Of a stretch of DNA of 64,000 nucleotides, positions 35,732 through 48,951 are shown piece by piece. The DNA comes from the human T2T-CHM13v2.0 reference genome, Homo sapiens. The first letter of the stretch is position 1; every line of letters begins with the position of its first letter. Made by a program: the position numbers and the translations under genes. The notes below the pieces were generated by a model. The model worked only from the letters and a program-made list of their open reading frames with translations, was not told the origin of the DNA and did not search any database. The stretch lies in the NCBI RefSeq assembly GCF_009914755.1, contig NC_060930.1, one strand, 5' to 3'.

Positions 35732-36080
35732 TTAATTCATAAAACATGTATTACTTGAAAATATCACCAGTTGTTGAGGCAGACATTTTTGGACTAATAT
35801 TTATTGGGTACATAATATTATTGTAGTGTTCTTAGTTGCATATGTGTATGTCATATATCCATATATTTTTATTTAGTTGTTAAGGTAACCTTATTACTAT
35901 CTCCATGTGACACATGAGAAAATTGAGTCATAGCACAATTGCTCCAGGTCATGCTTGACTTGCTACATGCTTCAGTTGGAGAATGGTATTACTCAAATAT
36001 GGTCACTTTAAACTCTAGGCCAGTGCAGACAAATCTCTTAAGAGACTCATTTAAATGTAAATTTATTGGGCCCGCCCCAA
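35732..36080. repeat. Copy 2 of dispersed three-copy segment
   Basis: Collinear with 20135-20485. Confidence 0.9.
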
Positions 36081-36184
36081 ACATCTTATACTATCATATT
36101 ATGTTCTAAACATAGAATGTGGTTTAGTAATGAAGTAATATCTCATTTATCCAAAACTCAGCTCTCTATCAACTTCACCTTTCT

Positions 36185-36415
36185 TGTCTGAAAAACAGAT
36201 ATTTTTGGACTAATATTTATTGAGCACATAATATTAATACAGTGTTATTTGTTGTATATGTGTGTAAAATATCCATATGTTTTTTATTAATTGTCAAGAC
36301 AACCCTATTACTATCTAGTCATGACAAATGAGAAAATTGAGTCACAGCACAATTGCTCCAGGCCATGCTTGACCTGCTTCATGCATCACTTTGAGAATGC
36401 TGTCTGAAAAACAGA
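36185..36415. repeat. Copy 3 (about 200 bp) flanked by 15-bp direct repeats
   Basis: tgtctgaaaaacaga at 36185-36199 and 36401-36415. Confidence 0.9.
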
Positions 36416-36534
36416 CAGGCAACAGGAAATAAGCAAAAAGGTAATGTGGAATTTCACAAATAATTTGATCATGTCAAATCCATGCCATTAATTCATAAGA
36501 GAACTTAGTGTACTCATAGTTTATTCATAGCTCT

Positions 36535-36621
36535 CTCTCTTTTTTTTCTTTTCTCTCTTTTTTTTTTTTCCTGATACAGAGTCTCACTCTGTTCCCCAGG
36601 CTAGAATGCAGTGGCTCAGTC
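36535..36621 (-). mobile_element. Extremely 5'-truncated Alu
   Basis: Tail plus about 50 nt of Alu 3' end; TSD attcatagctct at 36523-36534 and 36622-36633. Confidence 0.85.
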
Positions 36622-36929
36622 ATTCATAGCTCTTAAAATCTAGGTTTTGTTGCTAGCCTTCAAGTTTGTAGAATGCGTTAGAAAAAAAGAAAGGCTGCTC
36701 CAATTTAGCAGATATGCTGGGTGACAAGAATCTTACAACTTCAGAGGATATTCAAAACTAGAAAAACAGACACAAGAATTCAAAAACTTGCAGTCTGGAT
36801 CTGACATGCACAGTGCAGCTGGCTTGCACATATCAGTTGGACTTGACTATTTACAGTTCTCCTTTGCTGCAGCATGAGCAAATAAATCCACTTCTTCCAG
36901 TGATGGCTATAGAGAGAGAAAAGAGTATG

Positions 36930-38000
36930 TAATTTAGAGTCAAATATACTCCATTTGGAGTAGTTTCAAATCTCAGCTCATCTACTCACTGACTGTGGAT
37001 GACACCAAGTTTTCTGCAACTAGGTTTTTTGTTTGTTTGTTCTTGGTCTATGAGGCAGTCATAGCAACAACCTCCCTAGATAGAGTAAATAATGCAGGTG
37101 GGAAAATTCCCTATCAGGATACCTAGCACATAATGGAAATCCAAAATCTTTCCTTTGTCATCTTCCAAAAGCATGAAAGATAGTTACAGAGGGTGGGATA
37201 TGGTGTTAGGCAGCTGAGGACTCAGATCCTGGCTGCATACTTATAAGTTGTATAACTTTAGGAAAATGATTTCAACTCTCAATGCCTCAGTTTTTTCATT
37301 TGCAAAGTGGAGTTAGTAATGCCTATTTTTCTAGGTTAATATAAGAGTGATCAATAATATACATACAGCACCTTTAATATATTAGGCCTTCAATAAATGA
37401 TGATAGTAATGATTATATTTCTAATTTTCAATGTCTTCCTTTAAAGACAATACTGCAGATGTGTTATACATTTTGGAAAGATTTGTATCCTAAATCATAA
37501 ACCATTAGTATTTCAATATAATTTATTCATCAGGTTCCTGGTTGTTTATAGGGTAATGTTTAAGCCTTACCTTCATACAGAAAAAATACATACTTTATTA
37601 TTGTGAATTTTTATTGTGATATATATTTATACTTATAAAAATATGTATATATGTGGATTTTCATTTTTCCTTCATTCTCAGCATTACACACAGCTTTATA
37701 TCTTTATTCTTACAACATTAGCTTGTGTAGATTTATTTTGAGATGAGAATTTCAGATTTTAATACACTTTAATATTGATATTATTACTGTTCAGGAAAAT
37801 AACAGAAAAACATAGTTAGGATTCTGAACTTAGAAGTGTAAAAGAATTAAAACCTGGCTTCTCTACTCATGAGTTTCGTAACTTAAGATGATCTATGTAA
37901 CTACACTGAGTCTCAGTTTCTTATTCATAGAGGCAATAATATTCTCTACTTAGTATTTGGGGATGATTACTAGCATTTATAATGTGCTTAACATGATACA
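36930..38000 (+). mobile_element. Cluster of MIR fragments (about 36930, 37200, 37810)
   Basis: Repeated MIR core motifs ctcagtttc, ttcaaatctcagctc and gcctcagttttttcatttgcaaagtgg. Confidence 0.6.
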
Positions 38001-38329
38001 CATTATAAATTCCTAAGATGAGGTAGGCTAGTCTATTTTTCATTTGACTGTCACATTTGATAGTGATAGTAATAAAATTTGATCACTTAGTTTTCAATAA
38101 TTAAGTTCTAAAAAAGAAATAAAAATACATTCTCCCTCATCTCAAGGACAACACACTTAATGGATAGACAAACATGAACAAATACCAGTAAGGGTCACAG
38201 ATGTTTTAGATGTTTTGAGTAAGTTAAATGGGAGAAAGAAAGGGAGTGATTATTCAACCTGGAGAGATAAAGGCTTTCCAGAATGTGACATTCAGTTTGA
38301 GTACATTTAGTTCAAGCACAAAATTTTTG

Positions 38330-41040
38330 TTAAATGATAATAATAAATATATAATGCAGAAGACTGGATCAAAATGCTGCATAGAACACATATATAAACA
38401 CCTCACCACCCACCCAAAATTCCTTTAAATAACAAGGAGAATTCAGAACAAAGTTAAATGTAAGAAAAGGTGTTATTAGCAGACCATAACTTTTTAGATA
38501 CTCCTCAAAGACAGAAAGCCCAAAAGAGTTCATTAATAAAAGCAAACCACATGTCAGCTCAAAACACAAGCAATAGAAAATTATTACAAAGATAAAAGCT
38601 GGAGAGTTTATTATGTTTAATGATACTCAATATAAATATTAAAAGAAGAGGAAACTGTCAGTGCAATTATCATGCATAATGTCACCTCACTGTCAAAAAT
38701 ATCATGCATACTGTCAAGAACATTTGAATTCACCTCACCTCCCAACACTACTCCTTACATGTCCACTTAAAGAAAAAATGCAGCAGCTAACTCTCTAACA
38801 CTTGAAAACTTGTAGACAGTACTCTAAGGAAATTTAGCTACTTATTTGAGGAAGATGCTTAGAATGGGCATCGGTGTCTGAGAATGAATGTTTAGTGTGG
38901 GTGTCAGGGTATGAGGGAATAGGAGAGCCTGAGGTGACTTGATATCCAAAACTGACGTGGAAAGGAGAAGAAAAGAAGTTAAAGCAGCTACATCACAGGG
39001 AAATTCACTAGGATATTCTACAATCAGAGAACAGCCAACTTTGTTTCAATAAGTGAAAAATTGAGAAATGTTTTTGTGGGTTTGGGTAGCAGTGGGTGGT
39101 CACTGCCATTCTGCACATGTGTAAGATGCCTAAGTGATAAAACAAAGCCAGTCAGTCAAGGTACCTACCCATTTACACCAAACCCACGGTGACCCCATCT
39201 GTTTAGAAGATGGGGACCTTTAGAAAATAACCCTATTACCTGCACAATGGCAGAAGAAATTCATTCCAGAATGAACAAAGATGATTCCATGACATTTGAA
39301 ATAACAAAGATTTGCATACACCAAATAAAAACAGTCTGCTGAGGAAAGGGGCAATGAGAGGATAAGAATGAGTTAGGAATTAAAATAGATTTGCAAAAAT
39401 TATCTTTAAAAGTCAATAGAACTGGTAAATAACAGACAGAACTGAGGACAGAATCAGTAATCTATAAGATAAATATATGATATTTTCACTGGTTTAAGAA
39501 AAACAAATAGAATGTTAGAAGAGTTAGTCATAGATGCTTAACCAAGGAAGTCTAACTTCAAGTAATAGGAGTTCCAGAAGATGAAAAAAGAAAATAATCG
39601 AGAACATAAATACAAAATAGAGGAAAATATTCCCAAATTGTTAAGCATGATTGTTGAAAAAATACTTACACAAATATGCATCTTGGTGGAATTTTATTAC
39701 TCTTAGTATAAACAGAAGAATCCTAAAATATTTCAAGAAAAAAAAATGAAAAGGTTTACTTACAAAGAAAGGAGAAACATTGCATTCTGATTTATCTTTA
39801 ACAAAATGTTAGAAGTTAATTAAGCAATATATTCACTGTTCTGAAACAAACATAAATTTTTGAAATCGAGAATTCTGTATCTAACTGGTTGTGAGGGCAA
39901 AGTTAACAAATTTTTGGACGTGAAAACATTCAGAAAGTTTACCTTTTACATTCTCTTTCTAAAATAATCACTCCAAAATTTAGTGCAAAAAATGATCAAA
40001 TAATATTTACTTTAGGAAGATAAGGATGACTTAACACCAAAAAAATCTAACAACATAACTCAGTGTATCAAACAAGTAAAGTATAAAATTATATGATTAA
40101 ATCAATAAATGCTTGAAAAATGTTTGGTAAAATTGACAGCCATTTCTAATGAAACACTAGCTTTAAATATAATACAGCCTCCTAAATATAAATAGGAACA
40201 TTTACCAAAAATTAACAACACTTATTATTTTTACAGGTGAAACACTAAAACTATATTAATAAAAATCAAGGAATGGGACACTAACCGATTATCATTTAAC
40301 ATAGTCTTGGATGTTTTAGTTAATATAATAAGGCAATAAAATAAAATAACTAGAATAAAAGTGGAGAGAAAGAAGTAAAGATGTATCTTTTTGTTGACTA
40401 TAAAGTTGTATACCATAATGAAAATTATTGAGAAATTTAGTGAGGTGGCTAAATATAAATTTGAAAAATCCCATATGTATATCCCATAATTTATTCATCA
40501 TTCTTGTTGTTTCAAGGGTTTTTAAGAACAATACCACAGTTTTCCTTGTGCATATATTCTTAGTAGCATTTTATAAGAATAAATTCCAGAAAAAAGTTAT
40601 TTTCAAACTGCTTTCCAAAAATGTTTTAGCAATTCAGCAGTGTTTGAAGGTATACATTTCTCACATAGCACCAATAATAAATGTTAGTACTTTTCTTGGA
40701 ATCTTGTGAACATGATACATATAAATTAACATTGTATTATTAATTTAATTATTTGTATTTCTTTGATTTGTTAAGCTTATGCATTATTTCATGTGTTTTG
40801 AGACGTTTAATTTTTATTTTTCTGAGAATTATTTGCTCATAACCTTTGCTTATTTTTCTATTGAGTTGTATTTTTCTTGTCCATTTGTAAGCATTCTTTG
40901 TATATTAAGTACATTAGCATTTTATATATTAAATGTGTTTTAAATATATATATATATTCCAATCTGATATTGTGTGTTTACTTTATAGCTTTCTTGTTTT
41001 GTTCTTCTGTCCTAAAATTAAGATGCAAAGTTGTCTGCAA
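38330..41040. mobile_element. Highly degraded L1M fragments (sense to about 40490, antisense afterwards)
   Basis: A-rich ORF1/ORF2-like stretches (aataggagttccagaag, agaattctgtatc, aaaatcaaggaatgg), then T-rich 3'-end-like sequence. Confidence 0.55.
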
Positions 41041-41047
41041 AAATTAA

Positions 41048-41359
<312 letters not shown>

Positions 41360-41529
41360 AAAGTCTATACAATCTTAATGCAAAGATCGTATGTGAGTCT
41401 GTGTGTGTGTGTGTGTATGTATATGTGTATAGACGGTTCAAAAAGGTAGGTAGACTTTCCTCCTTTTAACTTGTAGGGATATCTATGATACATTTTTATC
41501 TAAAAAAGCAAGTTGCTAGAAATGTGTAT

Positions 41530-41830
41530 ACATCATTTTCTTTAAAGAAGTTAATTGATATATACAAATGAAACTTATTATTTTCAAATGTACAATTTAA
41601 TGTTTCTTAGTAACTTTCAGTGTTTCTTGGTAACGTTACAGAGTAATGCAATCATCAGTACAAACCAGTTTTAGAACATTTTAATCTCCCCAATAAAATC
41701 CCTTAAGCCCATTTACAATTAATCCTCATTCCTCTCCCCAGCTTCAGGCAAAAACTAATCTACTTTTTATCTCTATAAATCTGCTTTTTCTGGATTTTTC
41801 AAATAAATGAAAATCAAATAATTTTATATA
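41530..41830 (-). mobile_element. L1MB-type 3' end
   Basis: Contains ttttagaacattt and actaatctactttt...tctctataaat...tttctgga. Confidence 0.7.
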
Positions 41831-42549
41831 TGTGTAAAAATGTTTGTATACGTTTGTATGAACAGGAGAAAGCTGAGAAGGCATACACATCTGGCTGTTG
41901 ACATTAGTTAAAGTCAGAGAAGTGGGATGAGAACAAGGGAGGCAAAACAAAAACAACTAAATAGACACTCTTAAATAAAAAATAATTCAACAAAAAAATA
42001 TAAAAAGTAAATTTGCATAAGGCACATTACAAAAAATGAAGAAATATATTTTAAAAAATCAACTATAATGAACAATGAAAAATCATTTTCACTATCAGAT
42101 TGACAAAAATTCAGAAGACTAATAACACCCAGTGTTGTTGGGGGTTTTGAGAAGTGGTCACTATCTTATGTTGCTGGTGGAAGTGTAGGTTACTACTGCT
42201 TGTTGTGAAGGGCAATTTGTTAGCCTCCATGAACATTTAAAAGGAGTTTACCATGAACAATTCTACTTTTATATTTTTAAATTCTAGGGAAATTACAGAT
42301 GAGCAGTGCTGTATTTTATAATAACTAAATTAAAATTCCTATAAACACAAACATAAATGCATATAACTGTTTATATGTATATATATGTAGATACACACAC
42401 GTAGGTATACATAAAGATACATGCCTGTTTCTGTGTGTCTGTGTGTGTGTGTATGTGTGCATATAGTGTTGGAAGGATACATATGAAAAGACTCTGGCCT
42501 TTTCTAGGACCTAAAAAGTCCTATTAGAGCTGTAGGGCTCCTCGTCTTC

Positions 42550-42960
42550 ACCACACCTCTCCCAACTTGATCTCATCCTCTCATATAATCCCCTTCACAC
42601 ACTGGTTACTTTGCTGTTCATGAGCACACCAAGTAAGGTCTTGACATTTTCAGTTTCCTATACCTAGAATGACTTCCTTTATAAGTCTGGCCCAAGGTTT
42701 GTGCCTCTGCTCATTTGGCATCTCATCAAAGAGGCCCTTTCTAAAAACTTCTTAAAAAGCACTGCCCACCCACCGCTCCTACTCTGCACTGGCCCTTTGT
42801 GCTAATTTACATTTCATATAGCACTACCTAACATAGTATATATTGTCAGTGTATCTGCTTCTTCCCACTAGATTATAAGCTTTGTGATCTTGGAGACTTG
42901 TTTCCCTAGGGTCTGGTTAGTACCTGGCACATAATAGACACTAAATAATATATATTAAAT
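42550..42960 (+). mobile_element. L2 3' end
   Basis: Contains cccactagattataagct and tacctggcacataatagacactaaata. Confidence 0.7.
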
Positions 42961-45900
42961 GTTATGTGGATGGACTAAATTATAATAGATTTGGTATGAA
43001 GGGAAAGTTTCAGATTTCAGTTCTTAATATATATAGTTCTTTATTTTTAATATTTTTTTCAAAAGAATACATTTCCCTAATGTGTACATTGTTGTTTTAT
43101 TAAGTTATTTAAAAATCACAGACCAAATGCAAATCAATCTCTCATCTTTCCAAATTAATTCAGGAAGCATGTTTTTAGTTACATTCTTCCAAATCACCTA
43201 AACAAATTCTAGCTTAAAATTAATTAAAGGCCTTAATTTTACATAAGAGGCTTGAAGATTGATTTAAGATATTACATGAACAGTATGAAGGAAACAGCAA
43301 GTTAATTTCTTTGTATTTAACTTTGTGGGATAAATGTAGCATTGGTCCAGACAGGGAACAGCTTACCTTATTTCTACTATTATGAAAGAAAAATGTTCCT
43401 CATTCTTGTGGACGTCTGAGCTCTGACTAAGTGGAGCTATCTTGGTTTAGAAAACTGTTCTGATCAGTAATCTATAAAAGACTGATTTATTTTATTGTGA
43501 CCTTTTTTATTTAAAAAAAATCACTTGAACTGCCAACCTTTCTAAAGAATATTGTCTTCACTTTAATGCTTTTAAATGTATAATTATCAGCAAGGAACAC
43601 TATTATTTTAGTTTCTGTATAATCCTATCTGCCAAGTAGTAACAGAATTAAAAATCAGAAATTATATTGGTAACATAGTTAAACAGAGGCTACAGTCTGT
43701 AAGGAGGTTATCTAGATATCAAATAATTCCAAGGTATTTCAGTACATTTAGAATTTTAAAAATTCTTTAATATTTTCCCTGGTAGAATTTACAAAGCATC
43801 AGGAAGAGAAAATGTCCCTGTCATACAGTATGACAGATAATGGTTAAATATTTCCACTTGGCATGATTACTATATTTAAAACTTAACACCTTCCACCCTT
43901 TATGATAGTTATTTGTATTTTGTCTGAGTGTGTGAGAAAAAGCACTTTGATTTCTCCAACAAGAAAGCAGAGCCCTGTTATGTGTGTTAGTGCTGTAAGA
44001 CCTCTAACTTCCCAGAGTTTTTGAGATCAGAAAAGAAGACATTTGGATTGCATTTCCCATCTTCAGATTATCAAGGATTACAGACCATTTTAGTTCAATT
44101 TCGTATTTCTGTCCTTAAGAGACATCAACATTTATATGATATATACTCAAATATAACTGTTTTCCTGTTGTCATATAGATGTAAAGATACTTTTTAGCAA
44201 AAGTACATAGTTTTCCTAAGGGTTTGGGGTTGAGAAAAGTAAGTTGGGAACAAGTCTTCAAGGAGGGAGGAATTTATTTCTTAAGATGGTGATGTTCTCT
44301 ATCCTTCCACAGGATGGCAGGAAAAACTTGGTAATTTACCCAGTTGATGAGTAGTAGGTTATACATATCTGTATTTTAAGGTGGGTATGACTTCCAATAT
44401 TTCCAACAATATTTTGATAGACATTTCTGCATATCTTCTAGGAGTAGATGTTTTCACTAATAGTTTAACAAACTATTTGAAACAAATCTATAAAGTTAGC
44501 CATCTAATAACACAGTTGTGGAGTTTAGATAAAGATTCATTGAGAAACTGTATGGTCTATGAATATATGGGAGGGATAATAAAAGCATCAGTGACATAGT
44601 GCCAGACAGTTGAGCATGAAGGCCATCAGCATGCTGTTACTAGAAAATAACTCCAGTGGAACTTTTAATGCTATTAAATTTCCAAATTCCCTCCTCCCCC
44701 TCAAAAAAAGTTTAAATGTACTTCCAGGTTTTGGGTATTTAAGTCAAATGACTAGTAAATCTGATAATCCATTATTGTGACACTTGGTAAATTAGAGGCT
44801 GCAATTTGAGGCAAAGTTCTCATTAATAAGTTACATTTTCCCTAAGAATAATAGTGTTGAATGGTGTCCAGCATGCTTAGTACTCAGAAGAATAAAACTT
44901 GCCTTCAAATGAAAGAAAATAAGGAGAGTCCTAATTAATTTTCCTTACATTTTGACATTTTATAAATTTATTTAAATTTTACCACACAATTTAAATAACC
45001 CGTGATAGAGTAAGTACTAAAGTTTTAAAGTTTTAAATAAGTGTTTAAGCATAGTGAAAAAAATCTTTGGTGTTATATTTTTAAAATGTGTTTTTCAGAA
45101 TTTCATGATAAGTCACTAGACTTGGATTAAAGTGGTTGGTTCTCACCTCAGCTGAGCTATTAGTAAAATGTATCACTGTGGACAAGTTATCTAAATGTAG
45201 TTTCCTTTCCTAGAAAGTAACAGGTATTGAATTAGGTGGCCTATTAGCTTCCTTCAAGTTCTAACATTTTTGTAATAAAAATATTTTTACTTTGTGTTCT
45301 TTGATAAAATATTTTATATTATGCTTTTAAAACATCTATTAAAAGTGACATACTGCATTTGTCTTAGTTGCTAGTGGGTCTTTTAAATTTTGTATGATGT
45401 CCTATAAGAGATCACTGTTTTTAAATTTGTACACTAAGTATGTGACTGGAAATTAATTTAATCTGGCCCCTCTAAATATCAAGCCATTTAATATTTTATC
45501 TCTTCTGGCAGAAAAAAAAATCATTGGGTTAACCATTATTGTCCTCCCTTTATAGGAGAAAAGTAAATTGACCTGCTATATTTACAAAGCAGGTATGCCT
45601 AACTCCAAAGATGGTGATTCCCCCCCTACAGTGCCATTTTAAATGAAAACACATTATTTTTTCCTTGGAACAAAATATGTGGTATTTTGTTATTATTTTA
45701 AAGTGATATTCTGACAGAAAGTAGTAGAACATCGTTTTATGTATTTTAACAGGTTAGATGGTAAATTCCTTGTCTATGATATGACCTCTTTCTACTTCCT
45801 GAAAAAAGGAGACAATTATTCATATATTATTTTCAAAATCTATCAGAGCTACCCCAGATCATCAATAAAAGATAGCTCTTTTATGAGTGGTCACAGACTG

Positions 45901-48192
45901 ATCTCAGTGTGAAATCACTGTCAAATAACATTTTCCATTATGTATATAGAAATGAGGTTATCGCCAGCTTAAAATTAAGCAGCAATCATCTTGCAATGAC
46001 AGTTGTTTCTGCTTTATTATAATATCATTTCCATGGTAACTAAACAGAGCACCATAAAGGAAGGATTATGCTAGCAGGTGTGAAATAAACAGCAGGAGGA
46101 CACTTACAAAAACTTTATAAAAACTTGAAGATAGATGACATTTTTAATAAACATTGCAACCAACGATAATACATATGGACTTAGGAAGGGAATAACAATT
46201 TAACCTAGTATATGAAGTACATGGTTAAAACTCTTCTAATACTAATTTATTAGAAGTAGAGAAATTTATGCAAACAGCTTTCTCCATAGGACAGTTTTAT
46301 TAAGCAGGCTATTTTTGCAAATTCTTTGATCACCATGTAATCGTGATCAAAGAATTGTGATGTGATGTATTGGTATGTAGTGGATAAAATTATGTCCAGA
46401 ATATAGTGTTCATGGTGGTTGATGTGCCTGTTTTCCTTTATTTTTAATTGAAAGCTGTTTCCATTTGTTTCTAACATATAGGCTAGTGATAAAATTCTCT
46501 TAAATGTGATATTTATCTCAAGACTATGAGCAGAAAGATATATTATTTCTTTTTAAATATATACGTAGTTGTGGTTTCTGATAGAAAGAAATACATTTTA
46601 GATGACTGGGATATGGATTTAGCCTTGTTTCTATTTCAATTTGAGCCATATCAAAATAGGATATTGTTTAAGTGCCATAGTTTTGGAGAAAAGACAGTCA
46701 GCTTAAATTACTTAATGAGAGCTGGGCATCATAAAGAGAGTCCAAAGCAAAATACTGGGTTCACAATGTCTCAACCTATGGCCTTGGTATTTGGGAAAAA
46801 ATGGTCAATTCCAGAAGGTAGATCTTGGTGGAAGTCAGGATGAAGTCAAGAGGCTGTCAGCAATGGAATGTGGAAATGTGTGCAGTATTTCACAGCTTCT
46901 GTGATTATGGGCTATGGTACTGAAGGCAGAGAAAGGAAGGTTCTACGTTGAAACCTTGGTGATGAACCAGCCTTCTATCACGCTGTGTTGGTATTTAGTT
47001 GATGTTTAGCACTGCCTGTGAAGATCAAACTCCAGTTTGAGCAGAGGTTGGCTCCAGACAATGCCAAAGAGGATACAATTAATTTCTAAACATACTTAAT
47101 AGTTTCTACATTATCGTATTTTTACGTCTTTTCTGCTAGAAGCATTGCACTTCAACAAATGACACATTACTGCATAAAGCCCCATTTCTTGAATGAAAAC
47201 TCTGAGCCATCTATAGTTTTTAGAAATTAAAGGATAGCATATGTATCCTGGAATTGGTGAGTAAAAGGACAGGGAAAAGTAAAGAAAGGTGAGGATGGCA
47301 ATAATAGCAAGTAAACATGTCCTGGACCACAGTATTTTGGGTGGATAAAATTATTGCATGAAATTCATGGCTTCCAGTTCTTCCACTATAGCAGCGAACG
47401 CAGGCCCGTATTACTAAAGCAGCATATCATTATTTAACCAATTTAAGATACAGTCACAACAAAAATGACAACTATTCATTATGCATCTATTAAGTGTTAT
47501 TCAAGCAGTTGGCCATTAACAAAGTAGTGTACTTTAAGGCCATATTCATTTTTACTCAAGATTACTTCTTGCCAATGCCTCAATGGTTCTGAATTTCAGA
47601 AAAGCAGCTAATATGCACTCTGTTAGAGAATAAATAAGGAGTAACATCTACTTAACTTCTTGAGTAGAGCAGGAGTTTGAGATGGAAGTTCTAAAGAATG
47701 TGTCTCCTGTCTTCATGAAATATCAGTGATGTAGTATTTTTCTTGGTCACTTTGCCCGCTGGGGTCCTCCGTGAAGAGACATGTATCAAGACGTAGACAT
47801 TTATCAAAATGAAAGTAGAGGATAAAGACAGCTCAAAAGTCCTAAGGCTGCTGACATGAACAGATAATTGGTGGCTACAGTTGTGCCTGCTAAGATTTGG
47901 GTGCATGGGGCTTCGCTTTGGTTAGCTCCCATGGTCTTCTTTTCCAAAAAAAAAAAGAAGCCTTCAGGTTAAAGACACTCCATTTACCCCCAGCACCTGG
48001 CAGGATTTGCAGGATAATTGCCCAGAATTAGAATATTGATCTAGTTTTTTACATTACCCATCCCTTTTATTTCTTTTGAGCTACAGCTGGAGATCACTGA
48101 TTGGTTCACAGGAATGAGGGTTAGTCTAAAATGCAGACAAAAACTTAAAAACAACTAATGAGACTAGAATGTAATGACAAGTGTATGATAAG

Positions 48193-48341
48193 GTTTTTTT
48201 TTCTTTCTTTTTTCTTTTTTTTTTTCGAGATGGAGTTTCGCTCTTGTCACACAAGCTGGAGTGCAGTGGCGTGATCTTGGCTCACCACAACCTCTGCCTC
48301 CTGTGTTCAAGTGATTCTCCTGCCTCAGCCTCCTGAGTAGC
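48193..48341 (-). mobile_element. Partial AluS (right arm) within ERV
   Basis: Poly-T plus gagatggagtttcgctcttg...gagtagc. Confidence 0.85.
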
Positions 48342-48657
48342 ATAATTTTTCTCTCTCCAGTTCTTTTGTTAAAAACAAATCATAATAGAACTGAGTTGTT
48401 TGTAAAATAAACTTTAGTCTTATACTTGGCCTGATTATTTGCATAAAGTGCAGCAAAAATAATTATGTTTCCCATAGGCTTTTTAAAATTGGCTTTGATG
48501 GAATTCTGCTTCATAAGGAATCTCAGGTAAGACCTTTTAAAGCCAAGCCCAGCCATGGGTTTGCACCTTCAAATACCTATGAATTGGGTAAATTCCTCTC
48601 TTCTTGATGTCCCCAAGATAACTTGGGCTCCTGGGCCTATTAGAAAGTGACATTTTT

Positions 48658-48951
<294 letters not shown>

